From an uncultured virus (IMG/VR IMGVR_UViG_3300030380_002211) (taxonomy: Duplodnaviria > Heunggongvirae > Uroviricota > Caudoviricetes): a DNA stretch of 64,000 nt. Of the stretch, positions 57,682 to 64,000 are shown piece by piece (position 1 is the first letter of the stretch; each line of letters opens with the position of its first letter). Below the pieces are notes generated by a model that was not told the DNA's origin, did no database searches, and saw only the letters and a list, made by a program, of their open reading frames with translations. Location of the stretch: the IMG/VR virus record IMGVR_UViG_3300030380_002211; one strand, 5' to 3'. The position numbers and the translations under genes were made by a program.

Positions 57682-58913
57682 TATCCTTTTACCCAATCTT
57701 TGGCCATGTTAAAGTTTGCCTGACTAAATTCTAATCTATCAACTAACTTAACAGCACCACCTTTTTGTATTGCCACATATCCTTCTGGATTTGTAACTTT
57801 GTATCCATTCTTTGTTCTTAGAAATGAACCAATACTTTGTATTGTATTTAATTTTTTTAGTAATACAGCCTTCGCTGTTTGAAATGTTATGTATGTTGCA
57901 ATTGCAAAATATAGACCATCTCTATTTGGTCTTAATATTTTCATTCCTGCTTCTAGTATCTCTTCATACTTTTGTTTTGCCTTATCAGTTTTTTTACTAT
58001 CAATTTCTTTTTTTAATCTGTTTCTAAAATATACTTCAAAATTATTTGCTAACTTTGATGTATTTGTAATCGCTGTACCTTGTCTTATGTAAGTATTAAA
58101 AAATGTTTTAAGTTGAACACCAAGAGATAAAGGACCAGTATCTTTTTTTAGTTTATCAATAAACGCACCTGCCTTATAAGCAGAACCCTCTGCCATTCTA
58201 ATAACAGCATCAAATGATTTCTCTTCGTTAGAATTAAAAGCTGCAGTATCAGCTCTTTTGTAAGTTGCATCATCAAAGAATACATTTTTATTCTTTTTTA
58301 AACTTCTGACGCTAGCGCCAAAAGATGCTTTTAGAGATGCCATTTTACTACCTGAGTATGATGTATGAAATATAATACCAAGTTGTGCCTTATCAATACT
58401 ACTGTATAGAGAACTACCAAGTAATCCTGTTTTAACAACAGGCACAGCATATGTAATAGTGTTAGGTGTAAATACGATTGACTTTTGACCTGCGACTGTA
58501 GCAGTCTTTTTATCACCACTTGTAAATAGTAAGTCGCCTTGTAAGATTCCTGATATACCTAGAGATGGTAAAAGTTTTAAACAAATCTTTAATTTGTTCG
58601 CAAGTTCACCACTATGATTTCTACTAATATCAGCATTTGTATAGTTTATTTTAGGAGTAACATTAAATATAGATTTAGTGCCAACAAAGAACTTTTTGTT
58701 TTCTGGATTGATACCACAGAAGACTGCCGGCGCCCCGTCCCATTTTACTGAAACTGTGGATCCACCTGACCCTCCCTGTAACATTTGTTTGATAGACTTC
58801 AGAAATTCAATGGCTGTTTTAGCACCTTTGCTACCATTGTTAATTATTTCGTCTTCTAAATGCTCAAGATGTGTATTCTTATCTTCTACAAGATAATCTT
58901 GAAATTTCTGCAT
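57681..58913 (-). CDS. conserved T4-like protein with ligase/nucleotidyltransferase-like motifs
   Basis: KNTHLEHLED; VKWDG (motif I KxDG), QGD (III-like), EGYV (IV), VKLVDR (V). Confidence 0.7.
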   Translation of the reverse strand: MQKFQDYLVEDKNTHLEHLEDEIINNGSKGAKTAIEFLKSIKQMLQGGSGGSTVSVKWDGAPAVFCGINPENKKFFVGTKSIFNVTPKINYTNADISRNHSGELANKLKICLKLLPSLGISGILQGDLLFTSGDKKTATVAGQKSIVFTPNTITYAVPVVKTGLLGSSLYSSIDKAQLGIIFHTSYSGSKMASLKASFGASVRSLKKNKNVFFDDATYKRADTAAFNSNEEKSFDAVIRMAEGSAYKAGAFIDKLKKDTGPLSLGVQLKTFFNTYIRQGTAITNTSKLANNFEVYFRNRLKKEIDSKKTDKAKQKYEEILEAGMKILRPNRDGLYFAIATYITFQTAKAVLLKKLNTIQSIGSFLRTKNGYKVTNPEGYVAIQKGGAVKLVDRLEFSQANFNMAKDWVKG

Positions 58914-58994
58914 TATGCACTTTCTCCATTAATCTAATATGTATATATTATAACACAACTATTTATAAAAGTAAAGTGTGTAACACTATAAAAT

Positions 58995-59073
58995 GTCTAA
59001 AATTAGGGGGTACTATCATACACGAACAGCTCTTAACACCGCCTAGCGGGCGGCTATGAGACGGCGATTCCAT
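58995..59073 (+). repeat. dispersed GC-rich element, copy 3
   Basis: GTCTAAAATTAGGGGGTACTATCATACACGAACAGCTCTTAACACCGCCTAGCGGGCGGCTATGAGACGGCGATTCCAT. Confidence 0.92.
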
Positions 59074-59078
59074 GGATA

Positions 59079-60224
59079 TTAGAATATTTTTATAAAAGGA
59101 CCGTTTAAGTTACTAAATTCTTTTTTAGCCCCATAGTATAAAGTTTCTAACCACTTATCAAATTCACCCTTTTGAGATATCGTTTGATACAAAGCAATCG
59201 TTCTTAGAGCATGTAATTTTGAGAATATTCTTCCTAATGTATTTCTGTCTCGTTCAAAGTTATTTAAACCTGTTATTAAGTTATTCTTAAAACTAGACTT
59301 TCTATCTCCGTATACTAATGGTGCATCCCAATTAACTTTTTGTCCTTCGATTTTAACATCTTTTATTTTATCGTAAAAATTAGTCCAAAAATCTATTTGT
59401 TGTGAAGTAAATTTACCAGATGTGTTTATCATAGGGTCTTTTACTACTGAAGGAGGTAAATCTAAATTTAGTTTTTTTAGAAAAGGTCTTGTAGCTTCTA
59501 CAGATGCTTTACCTAATTTTGCACCACCACTCTTTGGTGTTATATCAGTTTGAGGTCCAGTTGTTGGTTTAGAATATCTAAAACTTCTAACTTGTAAAGC
59601 ATACTCTGATTCGCCTGCAAAAAATCTTAATGAAAATTCTCCTGTATCGAATAGTGGAGGTTTCTCCATATCTAAATCACAATTCAAACTATTTGGTTTT
59701 AATTTAAATTCAATTTGTTTTTTCTTACCTAAATTAGCTTCTTCTATTTTTGCTTCTTTACTAGTTTTTGTTAAACCTTTTAGTGAGATAGGAATTAAAA
59801 TTTTCTTAACTAATAATTCTTGCATAAGTAGATTTAACTTTTCTAACTTTGCCTGTTTTTCATCACTAGCATCTTTTATTTTTTTAACTTGTTCTATGAT
59901 TTTGTTTTCTTCTCGCTTTTTAACCATAACAATATCCATAGGATTCCAATTATCTTTTGTAGTAACACCCATCATTTTAGCTGCATCTTCTAAAATAGGC
60001 ATGATACCATCATCTCTACTATAAGCATAATCTTTTTCATTGCCTAGATATTGTTTTAATGCTTTACCTTGTAATTGATAATAGAAATACCATATCGCTG
60101 GCATATCTGGATATGCCTTCTGCTCTACAAATGCTATTGTAGGTTCTTTACCTTTTTCTATGAGTTCTTGAAAGAAAACGAGTGAACCGTTTTCTTGTTT
60201 TTTTGTGTCTCTTGCATCAGCCAT
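59079..60224 (-). CDS. hypothetical protein, possible PD-(D/E)XK-like nuclease
   Basis: T..QE, DNWNPMDI, ISLK motifs. Confidence 0.55.
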   Translation of the reverse strand: MADARDTKKQENGSLVFFQELIEKGKEPTIAFVEQKAYPDMPAIWYFYYQLQGKALKQYLGNEKDYAYSRDDGIMPILEDAAKMMGVTTKDNWNPMDIVMVKKREENKIIEQVKKIKDASDEKQAKLEKLNLLMQELLVKKILIPISLKGLTKTSKEAKIEEANLGKKKQIEFKLKPNSLNCDLDMEKPPLFDTGEFSLRFFAGESEYALQVRSFRYSKPTTGPQTDITPKSGGAKLGKASVEATRPFLKKLNLDLPPSVVKDPMINTSGKFTSQQIDFWTNFYDKIKDVKIEGQKVNWDAPLVYGDRKSSFKNNLITGLNNFERDRNTLGRIFSKLHALRTIALYQTISQKGEFDKWLETLYYGAKKEFSNLNGPFIKIF

Positions 60225-60263
60225 ACTACTATTTATATACTAGCATAACTAATTTGTCAAGCA

Positions 60264-60992
60264 TTAATTAGGGAATGCTTTGCCTTTAAATACTACTGAT
60301 ACATTTTCTTTATCACTTTCAACAGAACGTTGAGTGTAAGGTATTCTTGAGTCAAAGACTGTGACACGACCTTGTCTTGGCCAACATGACTTTATAATGT
60401 TTATGATTGGGTCACCATTGATGCCATAAGGTGTATTGATTGCTACTGCTTTCATTTCATCTGTAAAGTTAGGTGTCCATAAATCTAGTGTGCCACCATC
60501 TTCTGGTTTAAAGTTTGGTGATAAGTTTACAATGACAGTATAACAATTACCTACTTTAGCAGTTTCATTAATTTCATCATACTTTTTCTTATATATGTGA
60601 ACATAAGAATCAATAAGGTCAATACCAGGATTTACTTGTTCCCAAAGGTCCTTAACCCAATCTTCGTCTAAGTAAATATCTTGATAGTAGAGGTTCTCTG
60701 GTGTACTTACGTTAAATTTTTCTAAAGCACTATGATAATATCTTTTGATATCACTTTGAGGTATTGTATCGTCTGTATATCGTATGACTTCACTAAAGTC
60801 ACCACCTATTAAAGCATCAGCACTTACTGTATAAACTTTACCAGATTTAGTATCTGTAATTTCAAACTTACTAGGTTGTTCTGGATTACCTACTGATTCA
60901 ATTGCAAACTTTTTTTCTTTTACTGCAACACCAGCATCTTCAGCTGAAGCTGTATCACCATCAGATACTCGGCCCATATCAACTACTTTCGT
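60264..60992 (-). CDS. 2OG-Fe(II) oxygenase-like protein with degenerate metal site (start uncertain)
   Basis: T.IV.L..N...EDGGTL, P..GRVTVFDSRIPY...V, SVVFK. Confidence 0.6.
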   Translation of the reverse strand, partial: TKVVDMGRVSDGDTASAEDAGVAVKEKKFAIESVGNPEQPSKFEITDTKSGKVYTVSADALIGGDFSEVIRYTDDTIPQSDIKRYYHSALEKFNVSTPENLYYQDIYLDEDWVKDLWEQVNPGIDLIDSYVHIYKKKYDEINETAKVGNCYTVIVNLSPNFKPEDGGTLDLWTPNFTDEMKAVAINTPYGINGDPIINIIKSCWPRQGRVTVFDSRIPYTQRSVESDKENVSVVFKGKAFPN

Positions 60993-61311
60993 CATTACCG
61001 GTCTCCTCTTCCTCTTCAAATAGTATCATAGTAATTAAACTGTAAATTGCCATGTCCATTAAGGTATCTTTAATACCTTCTTCTTTAAATTTAAATTCAC
61101 CTTTCTTGATAAAGTTACTTATACGAGCATACTTATCACCCATACGAATAACAGAACCTTTCCAAGCAGAAATACCAGATAATTCTGACAGTCGAAAGTT
61201 AGCAAAGATATCTTCGTTTGCACCATAATCATGTCTCTTCTTATCGTGCAACTCTCTTATGACATCTAAAATTTCATAAAACCTTTTACTTTGTTTATTC
61301 AAATTATCCAT
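60979..61311 (-). CDS. nucleotide-modification-associated domain protein (DUF1599-like)
   Basis: KK.HDYG, FANF, IRM.DK..R, DTL.D.A.Y. Confidence 0.8.
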   Translation of the reverse strand: MDNLNKQSKRFYEILDVIRELHDKKRHDYGANEDIFANFRLSELSGISAWKGSVIRMGDKYARISNFIKKGEFKFKEEGIKDTLMDMAIYSLITMILFEEEEETGNDESS

Positions 61312-61538
61312 TATATTACTCCTAGTGTCAAGAAGAAAGGAATGCCACCTTGGGCAGCCCATTCTTTGTGTTCATTTTGATGGTCACAAACTCGTTGTGC
61401 TGGACCTTTAAATTCAGATTCAACAAGAATACTGCCAGTTGGATTCTCAATGCAAAGCCAACGAGTTTTATTTGCATTAATACTAACTCTTCTTACCTCA
61501 TAAGAAAAGTTTGGTTTCTTTGCGACCTTTTTTCTCAT
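61311..61538 (-). CDS. hypothetical protein
   Basis: Coupled ORF, GGIP.FL. Confidence 0.6.
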   Translation of the reverse strand: MRKKVAKKPNFSYEVRRVSINANKTRWLCIENPTGSILVESEFKGPAQRVCDHQNEHKEWAAQGGIPFFLTLGVI

Positions 61539-61540
61539 AC

Positions 61541-61792
61541 TTACTCTTCTGTTTCAGTTGATACAGGTTCTTCAGCAACTTCTTCAGCCTTAGGTTCGTC
61601 AACTTCAGCAGAAGATGGTACATTCTCTTGAATATATTTTGCATGATGAGCAATAATAATCTTAGCATTCTGTACATCTTGCATTAGATTATTAACTTGT
61701 TTTTGGTAACTAGTTACCTGTAGTATTGCCTGTTTGACTTCAGGTGTGAATTGAGTTTCATCATACCATTTGTCGTTTAGTTTAATAGCCAT
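61541..61792 (-). CDS. hypothetical protein
   Basis: AAGGAG RBS; coiled coil with acidic tail. Confidence 0.7.
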   Translation of the reverse strand: MAIKLNDKWYDETQFTPEVKQAILQVTSYQKQVNNLMQDVQNAKIIIAHHAKYIQENVPSSAEVDEPKAEEVAEEPVSTETEE

Positions 61793-61825
61793 ATTATTTA
61801 ATCTCCTTAAGGTTATGGTTTATGG

Positions 61826-63202
61826 TTATACTTTAAAATCTGAGAACTGTCCCAGTTTTTTAAACTTATCATTAGACGATAGTGTGTCTTGCCCACTATC
61901 AACTAAATCGGTTTGTGCGTTTTGTTCTACATCATAGAAACGCATTTTAGACCTATCAACACCAAGTATAAATTTTCTATTTACAGTTGGGTCGTTATAT
62001 CTATTCTTCAATTGTTTGACCATTATCTGGTTCTTTTCTTCTAGTTCTTCACTACTAATCAAAGCAAACATAAAGTCAGCTGTTGCAGGAAGACCAAAAC
62101 TTTCTGAGGTATCTTCTAGACCTACATCGCTACTTACAAAACCACCTCGTGTTGTTTGAGTAGCAGAGAAGATAGGAATATCATGTTCGACAGCAAGACC
62201 TCGCAATTCTTCAGCGATTGCTTTAATCATTGTATAACTATTTACATTTGAACCAGACTTAAATCTAGCCGATGTACAAATATTTAGATAGTCAATAAAC
62301 ACGATATCAGGTTTAAAAGATTTCTTTAATGCCAATTCACTAATCAAGTTTTTAAAATGACCTGTGTGAGCAGTAGCAGTAGGATATTCTTTAATAATTA
62401 ATTTACCTGTTGTTTTCTTTTGTAACTTATTAATCTTTGTTTCATACATTGAGTATGGTAATTCTTCTAAATCACTCATGCCAACATTTAATAAGTTCGA
62501 ATCTATTCTTTCAGCGATACGTTCTTCAGCCATTTCTAAAGTTATGTATAATACATTTTTACCTTGTAATAAAACAGATGAAGCAAGGTGTGTCATAAAC
62601 ATAGTTTTACCAACACCAGTACCTGCAAGACAAATATTTAAAGTCTTACTTGGTATACCACCTCTTGTAATCTTATTAAAAAACTCTAGGTCTAATTCTA
62701 ATCTTTCTTCTTTCTTTTTGTAAAAGTCAAATCGTTCTTTTGATTCTTGCAAATAATCATGACCAACTTTCTGGTCAAAAGATACTGAGAGAGCAGTCGA
62801 CAATAACTCTGGAAGATATTCTGGTGTATGTTTCTTATCTTTACCATCTATAATTTGTATGCCATTTAAAATCGCATTGTGAATAGAACGGTCTTTACAA
62901 AACTTTTCTGTAGTCTCAACTAACCATTCTAGATTAACTGGTTCAGGATTTAGTGTAGATAATATATCAGTAACTTGTTTATATTCATCTTCATTAATAG
63001 ATTTATTACTATTGATTTCTATTGATAAGGATTCTTTTGTAGGAAGATTATTATACTTATTAACAAACTTATATATTTCTGCAAACAATACTTTTTCTAA
63101 TCTATCAGTAAAGTATTCTTCTTTAATAAAAGGTAAAACTTTTCTACAATATGCTTCATTGTGAATTAAGTTTCTAATCGCTGTTCTTTCAATTCTTTCC
63201 AT
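61826..63202 (-). CDS. gp41: replicative DNA helicase gp41
   Basis: LAGTGVGKT, YITLEMAEE.IAERID, IKEYPT, IDYLNIC, SATQTTR, TSESFGLPATAD, QLKNRY. Confidence 0.97.
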   Translation of the reverse strand: MERIERTAIRNLIHNEAYCRKVLPFIKEEYFTDRLEKVLFAEIYKFVNKYNNLPTKESLSIEINSNKSINEDEYKQVTDILSTLNPEPVNLEWLVETTEKFCKDRSIHNAILNGIQIIDGKDKKHTPEYLPELLSTALSVSFDQKVGHDYLQESKERFDFYKKKEERLELDLEFFNKITRGGIPSKTLNICLAGTGVGKTMFMTHLASSVLLQGKNVLYITLEMAEERIAERIDSNLLNVGMSDLEELPYSMYETKINKLQKKTTGKLIIKEYPTATAHTGHFKNLISELALKKSFKPDIVFIDYLNICTSARFKSGSNVNSYTMIKAIAEELRGLAVEHDIPIFSATQTTRGGFVSSDVGLEDTSESFGLPATADFMFALISSEELEEKNQIMVKQLKNRYNDPTVNRKFILGVDRSKMRFYDVEQNAQTDLVDSGQDTLSSNDKFKKLGQFSDFKV

Positions 63203-63549
63203 TACTTACCTTCTTTCAACTGTTCACTAAACCAACTACCTGATAATTGTTCATCAAGCAATACAACTAGAATATCACCAATATGATTTACAAACTCTTG
63301 ACTTTCTGTATCAGCCATAATATTATTTTCAATAACAGTATAATCAAACACCATAGGTAAAGCACCTTCTGGTGTCTTTTCTTCTTCTGGTCTAAAACCT
63401 ACGTTACCATATTTAAGAACTATACTTGCATATGGTCCACTAATTAATTTAATTGCTGTAAAGTCTTCTCCTGGCTTTTCAACAAATACATAATCTTCTC
63501 TGTGTTTAGGACTGGTCGTCTGGTGTATCGCTGGTGTCTTCGGCTTCAA
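63202..63549 (-). CDS. gp40-like protein between uvsX and gp41
   Basis: T4 synteny; Y..V...., F.Y, F...GDIL. Confidence 0.6.
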   Translation of the reverse strand: MKPKTPAIHQTTSPKHREDYVFVEKPGEDFTAIKLISGPYASIVLKYGNVGFRPEEEKTPEGALPMVFDYTVIENNIMADTESQEFVNHIGDILVVLLDEQLSGSWFSEQLKEGK

Positions 63550-64000
63550 CTATATCTCCATATTTAAATTCTTTAGTACAAACTTCGTCTAACTGTTTAA
63601 GTATATCTGGTGTGAAATACTTTTCAGGATTATTATTAATTGTTTTACCAAATGTTTTAGTGCCATCAGGCAATTCAACTCTTGTTGATACTGATTTAAA
63701 TATACCATGTTTCAATGCTAAATCTAGCAACCCATAATATCTATCTAAACCTTTGTCGTAAGTTAATCGAACATCTACTACTTTATTTTCTTTTGTCAAT
63801 CTAGATTTATAATTTTTACAATGTATTATATTACCAATAATTTCTGTGCCATCTTTTTCTTTTCTTTTTGACAGATAGACAATTGAACTAGCCGCATACT
63901 TCAGACCAGAACCACCACCCATTTCTTTTGTTGGGAACATACTACCGACAACATCATAAGTATGATTTGTTATGATAAGAGGAACTTTTGCCTTACCTAA
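63506..64000 (-). CDS. uvsX: RecA-like recombinase UvsX (3' part; extends beyond window)
   Basis: [40 protein letters not shown]. Confidence 0.95.
   Translation of the reverse strand, partial: LGKAKVPLIITNHTYDVVGSMFPTKEMGGGSGLKYAASSIVYLSKRKEKDGTEIIGNIIHCKNYKSRLTKENKVVDVRLTYDKGLDRYYGLLDLALKHGIFKSVSTRVELPDGTKTFGKTINNNPEKYFTPDILKQLDEVCTKEFKYGDIVEAEDTSDTPDDQS

Overview
An AT-rich 64 kb segment of a large T4-like (marine myovirus, pelagimyophage/cyanophage-type) phage genome, coded almost entirely on the minus strand. It holds tail/baseplate genes (gp53, gp48, gp4, tape measure, gp26, gp54/19-like, gp2), replication and nucleotide genes (gp32, gp59, gp33, RNase H, NrdAB, primase, helicase, partial UvsX), lysis genes, and a curli-like csgF-csgG-curlin-FecR-CHASE2 adenylate cyclase operon. 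It also carries many Fe-S and sulfur auxiliary genes (nfuA, iscA, iscU, a SoxYZ fusion, TusE/DsrC, a SOR-like protein). Main findings beyond the ORF track: (1) a block of enzymes (ligase-like KxDG protein, adenylate kinase, NTase-HxGH fusion, HAD phosphatase) whose N-termini resemble the T4 capsid-targeting sequence, suggesting a virion-packaged RNA/nucleotide repair kit; (2) an unannotated 30-aa, 10-Cys metallothionein-like gene behind iscU; (3) a ~75 bp GC-rich element present three times in both orientations; (4) a tRNA-Ala(UGC) nested on the same strand inside a protein-coding ORF; (5) a -1 slippery site that could fuse gp26 to the next ORF; (6) six late promoters exactly 5 nt from an ATG, implying leaderless mRNAs. 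All product calls come from motif recognition by eye; no database searches were run.
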